A stretch of 64,000 bases of DNA from an uncultured Gammaproteobacteria bacterium (GTDB lineage Bacteria > Pseudomonadota > Gammaproteobacteria > Pseudomonadales > Halieaceae): assembly GCA_963840725.1 (NCBI GenBank), contig CAWIZY010000007.1, forward strand, positions 78,474-142,473, written 5' to 3'. The position numbers and the translations under genes were made by a program. Below, in pieces: positions 47,438-58,559 of the stretch. Position 1 is the first letter of the stretch; each line of letters opens with the position of its first letter. The notes beneath the pieces are model-generated. The model was given only the letters and a program-made list of their open reading frames with translations, ran no database searches and was not told the DNA's origin.

Positions 47438-50221
47438 GTGGAGTGCCGTCCCGTGTCATATCTTTGCCGTGTGGCCTGCTTGCTGGCTGTGTTGGTTGCA
47501 CTCACTGGCTGCGACACTCGCCTGGATGAAACCCAGTCCCTTGCAGACGCCAGATCCTACCTAAAGGCTGGCGATTTGCCCGCCGCCTCGGTTCAGCTCA
47601 AAGGGATTCTTCAGGAAAACCCCGACAGTGGTGAAGCGCGGCTGCTCTTGGGGCAGGTGCAGTTGGAGGCGGGGGACCCGCGTGCCGCGGAGAAAGAGCT
47701 GCAGCGGGCTACCGAGCTTGGCGTATCACCCGAGTTGGTGATGCCTGCGCTGGCCGACTCACTGCTGCAACAAGACAATAATAGTGCTTTACAGGCGCTC
47801 TCTCAGGACACGGTGGCCGATCCCCAGGCTGCGGCCCTGATATTTGCAGCCCAGGCTATGGGTAATCTGCGTGCTGGCCAGACCGAATTGGCGGCGCTTC
47901 AAATCGAGCAGGCCCGACTGGGCTATCCGGACTCTCCTTACGTGCAGGTAGCCAATGCCAGTTTGTCTATTGCGCGTTGGGAAGAGGAGTTCGCCAGAGA
48001 TGAGTTGCGACAGATTCTGGACCAGACTCCCGATTATGCGCCGGCTTGGAGTTTGCTCGGGAATCTGCAGCGACGCCAGGGTCAGTTAGCTGAAGCGGAA
48101 AACTCACTGACCCAGGCGATTGATAATCGACAGGCGAACCTGTCTGATCGTATGGCTCGTGCCCAGGTCCGTATTGCGCTGGGTCTGATCGATGAAGCAC
48201 AGGCAGACCTCAACGTCATTTCCCGTGATCTGAGTAACCACCCGGAGGCCAACTACGCACAGGGGCTTATTTACTGGCGCCAGAAGAAATTCCCGGAAGC
48301 GGCCGAGGCGTTCCAGAAAACCCTCGCACTGGACAGTAAAAACGCTAATGCGACTTACTTTTTGGGAATGCTCAGCCTGCAGCAAGGCAACGTGGAGCTG
48401 GCAGATAGTTACGCGCGTCGGTTTTTTTCGATGCACCCAAATGCCGTGCCCGGAAGAAAATTGCTGGCAGCGGTACACCTCGCCAAGCGGGAGACTGACG
48501 GCGTGCCAGCCCTGCTGGCACCGGTGCTGGAGGCGGATCCAGACGACATTGAGGCCCTGACGCTGGTCGCAGATGCGCTGGTGCGCAACGGTGATTCACT
48601 AGCGGCACTACCTTACCTTGAACGACTGTTGGGACTGCAGCCCGAGACAGCAGCGGTGGGAATTCAGTACGCTGCCGCCCTCTTTGCCACCGGAGAGCCC
48701 GAGGCGGCAACACGCCAGGTGGAGTCAGTTCTCCAGCAGGCTCCAAAGGCGTCGGCAGCTTATCGACTGCTGGTGCGGGAACAACTCAAACAAGAAGCCT
48801 ACCCGTCGGCGCTGCAGACAGTCGAGCGAATGCGCACCAGCGGAGCAAGCAAGTTGGACGCGTTGGCGCTGGAGGCACAGATTCGGCTGGCCTCCGGCGA
48901 TGCAAAAGCCGCAGCGGCTGCGCTGAATACAATTGAAGATCTGGACCCGGGCAACCGGCAGGCTAACCATGCTCTGGCTCGGCTGGCGATGGATCGACGC
49001 GAGTACCCCGACGCCGAGTCCTACTACCGTCGGGTGCTCGCGGTCAGCCCTGAGGATATTTCAACTTTGCTGAGCTTGGCCCGGGTCAAAGCCCTGCAGC
49101 GTGACGAAGCAGCCATGGTCTCCCTGCTGGAGGCCGCCAGGGAGGCCCGCCCGGGTATTGCCGCGCCAAGTCTCATGTTGGCCCGGTATTACTACTCACA
49201 GGCTGAGTTCAGGCGTGTCCTTGCTGAGCTGCGCGATTTGCCCGTGCAGGGGGTACACAGATTCGAGACATTGCAGCTCCAGGGCATGGCCGGGTTGGGT
49301 ATGAAAGACTTTGATGCGGCCCGTGACAGGTTTCAACAGCTGATTGCTCTGAAGCCAGACTCCGGTGGCGCCTATTACCTGTTGTCACGGTCCCAGGTGG
49401 GTCTTGGGGATCTTCCGGGCATGAGGGAGTCCCTGGAGGCGGCGGCTGAGCTGGAGCCCGACAGTATTGCCGCAGGGACCGCGTATGCGGCGGCGCTGCT
49501 GGTCTCGGGTGATAATGCTGAGGCAGCACGGCAGTTGGACAGGATCGAGGCGATTCACAAAGGCAGTCCTGCGACACAGAGGATGCGGGGTATGCTGGCA
49601 AGAGAGCGTGGTAACAAGGCGGAGGCGCTGGAATTTTTTCAACAGCTATTTGAGGAACAGCCCACCACCGAAAACATGCTGATCACTGTGGCCCAGATGT
49701 GGGAGCAAGGCGACCAGTCTGCCGCCATTGCTCTGCAAGAGGCCTGGCTGACCGATAACCCGAATGATGTCAAAGCCTTGGAAACACTGGCACAGGCCTA
49801 TGTTATTCGCGGTGACAGTGGGCGAGCAGCGGGATTGTTTGAGACAGTGGTCGAACTCGATGAGTCCAACTACGTGGCCCTCAATGAGCTGGCATGGATG
49901 CTCCGAGAGGAAGACCCGGATCAGGCCTACGACTATGTGCTGCGCGCTCTGGAATTGAGCGATAATAACCCGGTGGTACTGGATACTGCGGCCGTTATCG
50001 CTTACCACCGGGGTGAGTATGATGTAGCGCGCGAGTTCATCGACCAGGCACTTGCGGCGTTTCCTGATGAGCCCACCTTGCGCTACCACGGCGCGATGAT
50101 CGATGTTGCGATGGGACGGCGTGATCAGGCAATGAAGACGCTGGTATCCATCCTTGAGGCGCAGGGAGAGTTTGCTGAGCGTGGGGATGCTGAACAGTTG
50201 CTGGCCCAACTGCGTCCTTGA
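47438..50221 (+). CDS. prsT: PEP-CTERM system TPR-repeat lipoprotein
   Basis: 927 aa with the lipobox 'LVALTGC', TPR repeats throughout, and length and context typical of TIGR02917. GTG start; its exact position is uncertain. Confidence 0.85.
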   Translation: MECRPVSYLCRVACLLAVLVALTGCDTRLDETQSLADARSYLKAGDLPAASVQLKGILQENPDSGEARLLLGQVQLEAGDPRAAEKELQRATELGVSPELVMPALADSLLQQDNNSALQALSQDTVADPQAAALIFAAQAMGNLRAGQTELAALQIEQARLGYPDSPYVQVANASLSIARWEEEFARDELRQILDQTPDYAPAWSLLGNLQRRQGQLAEAENSLTQAIDNRQANLSDRMARAQVRIALGLIDEAQADLNVISRDLSNHPEANYAQGLIYWRQKKFPEAAEAFQKTLALDSKNANATYFLGMLSLQQGNVELADSYARRFFSMHPNAVPGRKLLAAVHLAKRETDGVPALLAPVLEADPDDIEALTLVADALVRNGDSLAALPYLERLLGLQPETAAVGIQYAAALFATGEPEAATRQVESVLQQAPKASAAYRLLVREQLKQEAYPSALQTVERMRTSGASKLDALALEAQIRLASGDAKAAAAALNTIEDLDPGNRQANHALARLAMDRREYPDAESYYRRVLAVSPEDISTLLSLARVKALQRDEAAMVSLLEAAREARPGIAAPSLMLARYYYSQAEFRRVLAELRDLPVQGVHRFETLQLQGMAGLGMKDFDAARDRFQQLIALKPDSGGAYYLLSRSQVGLGDLPGMRESLEAAAELEPDSIAAGTAYAAALLVSGDNAEAARQLDRIEAIHKGSPATQRMRGMLARERGNKAEALEFFQQLFEEQPTTENMLITVAQMWEQGDQSAAIALQEAWLTDNPNDVKALETLAQAYVIRGDSGRAAGLFETVVELDESNYVALNELAWMLREEDPDQAYDYVLRALELSDNNPVVLDTAAVIAYHRGEYDVAREFIDQALAAFPDEPTLRYHGAMIDVAMGRRDQAMKTLVSILEAQGEFAERGDAEQLLAQLRP

Positions 50222-50226
50222 TAAAA

Positions 50227-53200
50227 ATGACTGCAGAGACTGTCAACCCTCGGGTGAAGTTGTCGGCAAGGATTCTTGATAATCCCTGGAAAGTCCTGCT
50301 GGCGAGCGTGTTGCTTATCGCCCTGGCTGCTATGCTTCTGCCTCAACTGGTAACAGATACAAGACCCAACACGTTTCTTGCCCCTGATAACCCGGCGCTT
50401 GTTTACCGCGAAAAAGTCAAAGAGCAGTTTGGACTCAGCGACCCATTGATAATAGCGGTCGTAAATGAGGGGCCACACGGAATTTTCAATCCCGGGACAC
50501 TGGCGCTGGTGGATTGGCTCGCAACAGAAGTAGCGGCCCTTCCCAACGTTGATGAGAACCGGCTGCAAAGTCTCGCAACCGAAAGTAACATCAGGGGCAG
50601 TAGTGACGGGCTGGAGGTCGCACCTTTTTTCGACCCGGTACCGGCGACGCAGAGGGAGGCGGACCTCCTTCGAACGCAGGTTGAAGACTTTCCACTCTAC
50701 CGGGGCACGCTGGTAGCCGAAGATGGTTCCATGACTCTCTTGATCGTGGAAATTCTCAATGAGTTCGAGGTCGAGGAGACCTACGCGAGGCTTACTGCAC
50801 TGATCGATTCGGCACCGGTTGGGGCGGGTGAGAAGCTTCACATAGCGGGCGAGTCGGCCATTGCGGGATTTCTGGCGGTATATATCGATGAGGATGCCCG
50901 CAAGCTGAATCCCCTGGCATGGCTTATTATCATGATCATCTTTCTTGTCGCCTATCGACGCCTGAGCCCAGCGCTGATGGCAAATTTTATCATCCTGGCG
51001 GCGGTGATCATCAGTATAGGCTTCATGGCAGGCAGTGGCGTCCCCTTCTTCATGATTACCACCGCCCTGCCGGTGATATTGATCGGTATCTCGGTGGCTG
51101 ACACCATTCATATATTCAGTCACTATTTTCAGCTTCAGGCGGAGGCGCCGGAGCGCGAAGTAAAAGACCTGGTGGGTCAAACCATGCTCGAGATGTGGCG
51201 GCCGGTTACCCTTACATCCTTGACCACAATAGCGGGCTTTCTGGGGCTCTACCTTGCGGCATTTATGCCTCCCTTTCGTTTTTTTGGCTTGTTTGCAGGG
51301 CTCGGTGTCGCTGTTGCCTGGCTTTACTCATTGTTGGTGCTGCCCGCTGCCATGGTGTTGATCAAGCCGCGAGTTTCCCCGGGCTTTGCGGCCAATTTCA
51401 ACAGCCAAAGAACCGATATTTTTGGCCGTTTCATGGCGGCCCTGGGAGGGTTGACGCTGGGGTATCCACGCTGCGTGGTGGCCGTCGGGGTGATTATTCT
51501 TGCGGTGGGTGTGTTTTCTGCGAGTCACTTGGTGATTGAAGAGGACCCAATAACGATCTTTCACCCCGATGAGCCTATCGCCCGCGCCGATCGAGCGATC
51601 AATCAGCACATGGCGGGCAGCAATATCCTCGACGTAGTGGTCGAAAGCCCGGGTGTTGAGGGTCTTTTCGAGCCCGAAACCCTTAGAAAAATAGATGCGA
51701 TGCAACGCTACGCTGAGAGCCTGCCTCATTTGGGCGGCTCGGTGTCGATCGTGGACTACCTGAAACAAATGAATCGCGTATTGCATGATGGTGCTCCCGA
51801 GGCGTACGAATTGCCGGGCAGCAGGGAGCTGGTAGCCCAGTATTTCCTGCTCTATTCAATGTCGTCGGATCCGACGGATTTTGAAGAGGAGGTTGACTAC
51901 GACTACCGGACGGCGAACGTACGATTCTATGTCGATTCTGGCAGCTACCGGGATTTCAAGGTGATCGTTGAATCGCTAAACCAGTACCTGGCAGAGAATT
52001 TCAATGATGATCAATTGACTGCAACGCTGAGTGGTCGGGTGAATCTGAATTATCACTGGATCAGCGATCTCGGACGCAGTCATTTCATGGGCCTGGTAGT
52101 TTCGCTGTTTTTGGTCTGGGGTATGGCATCACTGATGTTTCGGTCCCTACTTGCCGGGGTTTACGCGCTGGTCCCGGTGGCCAGTTCGGTTCTGCTGGTG
52201 TACGCTGCCATGGTGGCCATGGGAATGAGTATCGGTGTGGGTACGTCCATGTTCGCTGCGATCGCGATCGGCCTGGGCGTCGATTTCTCTATTCATACAC
52301 TGGAGCGAATGCAGGTCCTGTACCGTCGGAATGGTGAGAACACTGCGCGGACATTCGCTGAATTCTACCAATCTACGGGGCGAGCGCTGCTGTTTAACTT
52401 CCTCGCCATTGCCTGTGGTTTTGGCGTTCTTATCTCTAGCGAAGTGTCTTCTTTGCGGAATTTCGGTGGAATACTGGTGATTGCCGTCGGTGTCAGTTTT
52501 TTTTCCAGCATGAGTCTACTTCCTGCAATGCTGGATTTGTTCCGCCCAGCGTTCATCTCGGAAAAGACGACTTCCACTGCGCTTGGTTCCTTGTTGCTGA
52601 GTATTGGTCTGGTCGGGCTAATGATTGTCGCTTTAGTGCTGACTGTGCCGGCTGCTCGTGCCGAGACCGGGCCGGAGACCGCAATAGGCAGTGCCATGGC
52701 GAAGCAGCCGCTGGCTGAAACGACAGCTCCCGGTGGGACGGTTTTGGAAGCGTTAGAGGCGGAGCAGAAAACAACGGACGAAGGCGAGGGTGGTGGCTCT
52801 GCGGCAGATACTCCCGATATGCCGTTGTCGGACGAGGCCACAGTCACCGCCGATGACATTGTCCAGCGGGTGAATTCTGCAGATCGCGGTGAACATGTTG
52901 TCAGGCAGTTGGAAATGGAACTGATCGACCGGCGCAACAAGCGTCGGGTCCGCAAGACGACTAACTATCGTAAATACTATGGTGAAGAAATGCGTACGGT
53001 GATGTTCTACCGCGAACCTGCCAATATACGGGGTACGGCTTTTCTGATCTGGGATTACCCCGAACTGGACAAAGAGGATGATCAATGGCTATACCTGCCC
53101 GCGCTGCGCAAAGTGCGCCGGGTGTCGGCGTCGGATCGGGGCGATTACTTCCTGGGAACGGATTTTACCTTTGAAGATATCAGGCTCGACGGCCGATTGG

Positions 53201-53571
53201 AGTCTCGGGATTATCATTACACATTACTTGGCGAAGAATCCCGGGGAGGGGAAACGGTCTATTTGCTCGAAGCCATGCCAGTGAGTGATGAAGTTAGCAA
53301 GGCGCTGGGCTACTCGAAAGTCAGGATGCAAGTCAACGCCGAGAGCTGGATAGTAAGTCAAATAGACTTCTGGGATGTCAAAGGGAATCCACTGAAGACC
53401 TTACAGGTTGAAGAGGTGGAACTGGTGCAGGGAATCTGGACACGGAAAGTGATAGCAATGAACAATATCAAGACGGGGCACAAGACACGGTTCACCTTCT
53501 CCGGTGTGGATTATCAGGCAGAGGTGACCGATCGTGTATTCACCCGGCAAGCATTGGCACGCGGCCGATGA
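50227..53571 (+). CDS. COG1033/MMPL-type RND exporter fused through an extra TM helix and an acidic linker to a LolA-like outer-membrane-lipoprotein-sorting domain
   Basis: 1114 aa from ATG 50227, 6 nt after the prsT stop. The RND body ends around '...LDLFRPAFI' and is followed in frame by 'LGSLLLSIGLVGLMIVALVLTVPAARA' (signal-anchor-like). A low-complexity linker and a LolA-like module ('FYREPANIRGTAFLIWDY..DDQWLYLPALRKVRRV..DFTFEDI') complete the protein. Confidence 0.8.
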   Translation: MTAETVNPRVKLSARILDNPWKVLLASVLLIALAAMLLPQLVTDTRPNTFLAPDNPALVYREKVKEQFGLSDPLIIAVVNEGPHGIFNPGTLALVDWLATEVAALPNVDENRLQSLATESNIRGSSDGLEVAPFFDPVPATQREADLLRTQVEDFPLYRGTLVAEDGSMTLLIVEILNEFEVEETYARLTALIDSAPVGAGEKLHIAGESAIAGFLAVYIDEDARKLNPLAWLIIMIIFLVAYRRLSPALMANFIILAAVIISIGFMAGSGVPFFMITTALPVILIGISVADTIHIFSHYFQLQAEAPEREVKDLVGQTMLEMWRPVTLTSLTTIAGFLGLYLAAFMPPFRFFGLFAGLGVAVAWLYSLLVLPAAMVLIKPRVSPGFAANFNSQRTDIFGRFMAALGGLTLGYPRCVVAVGVIILAVGVFSASHLVIEEDPITIFHPDEPIARADRAINQHMAGSNILDVVVESPGVEGLFEPETLRKIDAMQRYAESLPHLGGSVSIVDYLKQMNRVLHDGAPEAYELPGSRELVAQYFLLYSMSSDPTDFEEEVDYDYRTANVRFYVDSGSYRDFKVIVESLNQYLAENFNDDQLTATLSGRVNLNYHWISDLGRSHFMGLVVSLFLVWGMASLMFRSLLAGVYALVPVASSVLLVYAAMVAMGMSIGVGTSMFAAIAIGLGVDFSIHTLERMQVLYRRNGENTARTFAEFYQSTGRALLFNFLAIACGFGVLISSEVSSLRNFGGILVIAVGVSFFSSMSLLPAMLDLFRPAFISEKTTSTALGSLLLSIGLVGLMIVALVLTVPAARAETGPETAIGSAMAKQPLAETTAPGGTVLEALEAEQKTTDEGEGGGSAADTPDMPLSDEATVTADDIVQRVNSADRGEHVVRQLEMELIDRRNKRRVRKTTNYRKYYGEEMRTVMFYREPANIRGTAFLIWDYPELDKEDDQWLYLPALRKVRRVSASDRGDYFLGTDFTFEDIRLDGRLESRDYHYTLLGEESRGGETVYLLEAMPVSDEVSKALGYSKVRMQVNAESWIVSQIDFWDVKGNPLKTLQVEEVELVQGIWTRKVIAMNNIKTGHKTRFTFSGVDYQAEVTDRVFTRQALARGR

Positions 53572-54910
53572 AAACCGTTTTCTCGCTGTCGGCCCCGGGC
53601 TGTCTTGTCCTCGCGAGTCTTCTCGCTCAGGCGGGCGATTCTGGCGTTGAGGTGAATTTCGATGGGACCTGGGAGCAGGAGTGGGCCATTGCAACCGAGG
53701 GCGGAGGCAATCAAAAATTTGAGGCATTAGTAGAACCTCGACTGGACCTGGGATTCTCCAATGGCATGCAATTAACCGCTATCGCCAGGGTAAGACTGGA
53801 TACAGTGGGTGAGTTAGGCCCTGCCGAGCGAAGACCAGACAACTATTCGGGCGCTAATGGTCCATGGTACAACGACGAGTACGGCGAATTGTCGCTCCGA
53901 GAATTGTACCTGGATGCCAATTGGGGCAACACTGTCTGGCGGCTGGGTAAGCAACAAGTAGTGTGGGGGAGGCCGACGGGATCAAGGTCCTGGACGTGGT
54001 CAATCCCCAGAGTTTCAGAGAGTTCATCCTGGATGACTTCGATGATTCACGAATACCCCTCTGGACCGTAAACGCAGAGCTACCGGTTGGCGCTGGCGGC
54101 ACGGTCCAGTTGCTCTGGATACCGGACACGACCTACCATGAGCTTGCGGAGCCAGGTACCCCGTACGAATGGACCAGCCCACTCTATGTGCCTCATGGGA
54201 AAAACGCAGCGATTGTAGCTGCGCGCGCGCCGGACAAGCCGGATAACCCGCTCCAGGACAGCGACGCTGGAATCCGCTATTCCACCTTTGCGGGTGGCTG
54301 GGACATGACCCTCAATTACCTTTACCATTATCATGATCTGCCGGTTTTTTATCAGCGAGCGACCCATGACCAGCAGCCTCTGGAGCTTACCGTGGCTCCT
54401 GAGTACGAGCGCAACCATCTGCTCGGAGGAACGCTGAGTAACGCGTTTGGGGACACGACTATACGCGCTGAAATCGCCTACTCAAGCGACACATTTCATA
54501 CCACTGACCACCCCACATACTCTAACTCGGGCATCGAGGAGTCGTCGGAGCTGGCGGCTGTTCTGGGTTTGGACTGGCAGCTGGGGGGAAGTGACAAGTT
54601 CCTCAGTTTGCAGTGGTTTGTCAGCCATCTCTTCGATTATCGCCGCGACATCATAAGGGATGAAACAGAACACAACCTCTCCGCCTTGTACCGGCAGATG
54701 TTCATTAACGAGACACTGCAGCTGGATGTTCTGGGTCTCTACTCACCGAATCGAGGGGACTCCTCTGTGCAGTTGAAGCTGAGTTATCTGGTCAGAAGCA
54801 ACCTGGAACTCTGGGTCGGTGGCGACTTTTTCAGCGGAGATGACGATGGATTGTTCGGCCAGTTTGCTGATCGTGACCGAGTATTGCTGGGCTTTAAGCT
54901 GGGCTTCTGA
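53568..54910 (+). pseudogene. DUF1302-like outer-membrane beta-barrel protein, interrupted by one frameshift
   Basis: ATGA overlap with the RND stop, and a signal peptide. '...LRELYLDANWGNTVWRLGKQQVVWG' (53568 frame) continues as 'EADGIKVLDVVNPQSFREF...' only in the 53963 frame. The switch is at the G5 run at 53965-53969, consistent with one missing G. Confidence 0.7.
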
Positions 54911-55108
54911 GCGGACGAAAACTCGTCCCCTTCCGAATTCGCGCTCAATACAGTCTTTTTAAGGGAGTCGTGTTGAGGCATTGCTTGCAGGGTAGACGGG
55001 TCCCCCGGCGACCGAGCTGTTCAAACGCAGTTTAAAGACGCTCATTAGGCAACGATAGTTAACGCGGGGAGGCTGCCGCGGGTGGTTGGCTGCCCTGGGG
55101 GTCACGCA

Positions 55109-56473
55109 TTATTCATCTCTGATTCCAAGCTTCTGCACCAGGTTGTAAAGGGTCGGGCGAGAAAGCCCTAGCAGGGCGGCCGCATCAGAGATGTTCTCGT
55201 TAGAGTGCTCCAGCGCCCGCAGGATAGCCTTGCGTTCTGCGTCCTCGCGCACCATTTTCAGATTCAAGGGCAAGACTGAGGCCTCTGGATCCCCCAACTC
55301 CAGATCGGTCACCGAAATGTATCTGCCGTCTGCCATAATGATCGCTCGCTTGACCCGGCTCTCCAGCTCGCGAACGTTTCCGGGCCAGGCATAATTTTCA
55401 ATAGCGCTGACGGCCTCTTTGTCAAACGCCAGGATATTGCTGTTGAGCTCGGCGGAAAATCGTCGCAGGAATGCTCTTGCCAGAACCAGTGCATCGCCAC
55501 CCCGATCTTTCAGTGGCGGGATGGTGATTGTGATATCGCTGACCCGGTAGTAGAGGTCTTCGCGAAACCGTCCTTCTTCAATTAGCTGCTGCAGGTTTTG
55601 GTGGGTGGCGCAGATTATCCGGACATCGACCGGGATCTCTTTGCGCCCACCCACCCGCTCCACGACTCGCTCCTGAATGAAACGAAGCAGTTTGGCCTGC
55701 AGCTCGAAGGGAAGATCTCCAATTTCGTCGAGGAACAGGGTGCCGCCGTTGGCGCTTTCTATCTTGCCAGGTGTGGTTTGTGCAGCGCCAGTGAATGCGC
55801 CTTTTTCGTAACCAAAGAGCTCGCTCTCAAGTAGGTTTTCAGGAATTGCAGCGCAATTGATAGCGACCAGCTTTCCTGAAGAGCGCCGACTCAGTTCATG
55901 CAGTGCACGGGCGAAGCGCTCTTTGCCCGTGCCACTGGCACCCAGCAGCAAGGTAGTGACATCAGCCGGGGCAACTTTCTCCACCGTGCGACAGACCTCC
56001 AGCATTTCCGGGCTGGTCGCAATGATGCCAGACAGTGGCATTTTGTCCTTGCCCTGTTTAAGTCTGCGGTTCTCTGCTTCCAGCTCATAGACGCTGTAGG
56101 CACGGTCTACGATAAGGCTGAGTATTTCTGCATCCACCGGCTTCTGATAGAAATCGTAGGCACCCATCCCTATTGCCTGGACGGCGTTGGCGCGGTCGTT
56201 ATCGCCCGTCACTACGATGACCTTGGTCTCGGGGGAGAGAGAGGTGATCTCTTGCAGTGTTGCCAGACCTTCCGAAACACCGCCGGGGTCGGGTGGTAAT
56301 CCCAGATCCAGAAGTACCACCCCCGGCTGGACGCGGCGCAGTTGGTTGATCGCTTCATTGCGGTCGCCTGCAATAGCGACTTCAAAGCCCTCGAAAGCCC
56401 AGCGCAGCTGGCTTTGGAGGCCCTTGTCATCCTCGACCACCAGCAGATTTTTCTTAATTTTTGTCATTACCAC
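55109..56473 (-). CDS. prsR: PEP-CTERM-box response regulator transcription factor (sigma-54-dependent, NtrC family)
   Basis: Receiver domain ('[18 protein letters not shown]'), AAA+ sigma-54 interaction domain with 'GAFTGA', and a C-terminal Fis-type HTH. 454 aa, adjacent to prsK. Confidence 0.9.
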   Translation of the reverse strand: MVMTKIKKNLLVVEDDKGLQSQLRWAFEGFEVAIAGDRNEAINQLRRVQPGVVLLDLGLPPDPGGVSEGLATLQEITSLSPETKVIVVTGDNDRANAVQAIGMGAYDFYQKPVDAEILSLIVDRAYSVYELEAENRRLKQGKDKMPLSGIIATSPEMLEVCRTVEKVAPADVTTLLLGASGTGKERFARALHELSRRSSGKLVAINCAAIPENLLESELFGYEKGAFTGAAQTTPGKIESANGGTLFLDEIGDLPFELQAKLLRFIQERVVERVGGRKEIPVDVRIICATHQNLQQLIEEGRFREDLYYRVSDITITIPPLKDRGGDALVLARAFLRRFSAELNSNILAFDKEAVSAIENYAWPGNVRELESRVKRAIIMADGRYISVTDLELGDPEASVLPLNLKMVREDAERKAILRALEHSNENISDAAALLGLSRPTLYNLVQKLGIRDE

Positions 56474-56498
56474 TCCTTGCGTGGTTGGTGTGTCTCAA

Positions 56499-58559
56499 TC
56501 ATGCCGCGTCACTCGCTAGCAGTGGAATCTCCACACGGAATATCGAACCCTGTCCGGGTGTGCTCTCAACGGTGATGTCTCCACCCAGTGAGCGGATGAA
56601 TTCGCGGCTTTCGAATGCGCCAATACCCATGCCCGTGAGTCCCTTGGTTGAGTCAAATGGTTTAAACAGGCGATTGTTAATGAAAGTTTGTTCCATTCCC
56701 GAGCCACTATCCGCTACTTCAATAGTCGCGTACTGCCCGTTTTTGCCCAGCCTCACTCGCACGGCTCCCTCTTTGTCAGTGGCCTCCTGGGCGTTTTGGA
56801 TAAGATGCCCAAACACGGTCTGCAGGCGATCGCGGCTGGCCTGTACTGAGGGGTGAGAATCCGCAGTAAAGGTGGGAGCCGGCGTCTGAGCGCTGCGCGC
56901 TTCGACTACCTCTTGCAATAGCTCAGTGAGGTCTACCTGCAGGGCGGTGGTGCCGCGCATTCCACTGCGCATCTGCTCCATCAGCTTGGTCATCCGATCG
57001 ACCGAGTTACTGATGGTACTGATCATATCATCGACAAAAGCCGGGTTGTGCTTGTGCTTCTCGGCATTGGTGACCATGAGAGACTGCTGAGCGAGAATGT
57101 TTTTAAGGTCGTGAATAACATAGGCTGAGAGGCGGTTAAATGCCTCAAATTGCCGCGCTTCGACCAATTCCTCGTTGGCGAGAAATTGTGCGAGGTGGCT
57201 TGCTGCCTGGCGCCCTGCAGTTTTTAGCAGGTCTCGGTCTTCCCAATTCAGTGACTTTTTCAGCTCGGATCGCTTTAACAAGAGAATACCTTCCAGGTCC
57301 TCTTTGAACATCAGCGGGATAATGAGCCAGGCATCCGGCGTCCGGAGCAGCCAATCGGGTAACGACAGGTCGCCGTAAATGTCCGAGGCAGACTGAAACT
57401 CCTCGATGTCGATGACCCAACCCCTATGGTGCAGCCACTCGGTCAGCTCAGCCGTCATCGGAGTTTCAACTGGCGTGTTCATTTGCCAATTTTCCATCAG
57501 GCGATAGCGCCCGTCTCCGCTGGTAGCCCATAGCAGTCCACCCGTGCTGTCTACCAATGGAGCCATGGCCCGGGTGATACCTCCTGGTACGTTATCGCCG
57601 ATGGAGGCCAGGGTCTGGGTAAACTTCAGCCACTCTTCCCGATAGTCATATTTATAGCTGAAGAAGTGTTTGTTCAACAGCACTCTGACCGTGGCGCGTA
57701 TCTTTCCGGAAAAGAGCAGGGCGAAGAGCAGGGCGGCGGTAGCCATCAGAAACGAGACCTGTAAAATCCCACCCCAGGTTGCGTTCATGTATTTTATGAA
57801 ATAGCCGGCTAGCGCCATCAGTATCAGATAGAGTCCGGCTCCCAGCAGCGTGACGCTGTGGAAGACCACTTTGCGCGATACCTGCAGGCTGAATTCGGTG
57901 GAGGTACTTCTCGACACTGAGACTGCGATCAAAGGGGCGGCGATGGCGTTAACAAGCCCGCGGGCCTGCCAGAGCTGTGGGTCCAGTTCCCGGAACAACA
58001 ATCCTTCAGCGTACATGAAAAAATCGTAGGCGTAGATGCCACCCAGCCCAAGGCAGAGGTATTTCAGCGCCCAGCGTTCACTGTCGCTGGAGTTGCGGAA
58101 CAATTGCTCAATCAGCAGCAGGCCGCCTATGGCCATGATCAGCCAGATAAGGAAAATCGTGTTGCTGTACAGGGTGTAGTCAATTGCAAAGTGCCTCATC
58201 AGGGGCCTGAGGAGCAGAATGACGAGAGCGGCCAGTCCGATTCCAAAGTAGGCTCTGCGGGTCCAGTGATGGGCGGAAAAGCCGGGTTGATTGTCAAAAC
58301 GTAAAGCGAGGATCTTCAGGAGAAACACCAGCCAGGCTGCGTTTCTTGCCCACTCGCAGAGCTCAATGAGCTTGACCGGTGGGTACTCGTTAAGGGTGCC
58401 GAGTGCGATCACCGCAGCCCAGAGGCTGGTCAGGGCGCTGACAGCAACGAGGAGAATGCCCAGACGCCTGCCGCGCCAGGTGGCGATCAACAACACGGTC
58501 AGCAGTGCATAGGCGATGGCACTGGTCGAATAACTGTATAAGCCCACATTGGCGAGCAT
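56499..58559 (-). CDS. prsK: PEP-CTERM system histidine kinase
   Basis: 686 aa. It has a long polytopic N-terminal region, a GAF-like segment, a HisKA domain ('YVIHDLKNIL') and a HATPase domain ('VADSGSGM'). Confidence 0.85.
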   Translation of the reverse strand: MLANVGLYSYSTSAIAYALLTVLLIATWRGRRLGILLVAVSALTSLWAAVIALGTLNEYPPVKLIELCEWARNAAWLVFLLKILALRFDNQPGFSAHHWTRRAYFGIGLAALVILLLRPLMRHFAIDYTLYSNTIFLIWLIMAIGGLLLIEQLFRNSSDSERWALKYLCLGLGGIYAYDFFMYAEGLLFRELDPQLWQARGLVNAIAAPLIAVSVSRSTSTEFSLQVSRKVVFHSVTLLGAGLYLILMALAGYFIKYMNATWGGILQVSFLMATAALLFALLFSGKIRATVRVLLNKHFFSYKYDYREEWLKFTQTLASIGDNVPGGITRAMAPLVDSTGGLLWATSGDGRYRLMENWQMNTPVETPMTAELTEWLHHRGWVIDIEEFQSASDIYGDLSLPDWLLRTPDAWLIIPLMFKEDLEGILLLKRSELKKSLNWEDRDLLKTAGRQAASHLAQFLANEELVEARQFEAFNRLSAYVIHDLKNILAQQSLMVTNAEKHKHNPAFVDDMISTISNSVDRMTKLMEQMRSGMRGTTALQVDLTELLQEVVEARSAQTPAPTFTADSHPSVQASRDRLQTVFGHLIQNAQEATDKEGAVRVRLGKNGQYATIEVADSGSGMEQTFINNRLFKPFDSTKGLTGMGIGAFESREFIRSLGGDITVESTPGQGSIFRVEIPLLASDAA

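Noticed and set aside
50125-51180. 351-aa minus-strand ORF overlapping the start of the RND gene
   Set aside because: It is antisense to a strongly supported transporter gene. It has no membrane or domain features and a His/Arg/Gln-rich composition. Shadow ORF.
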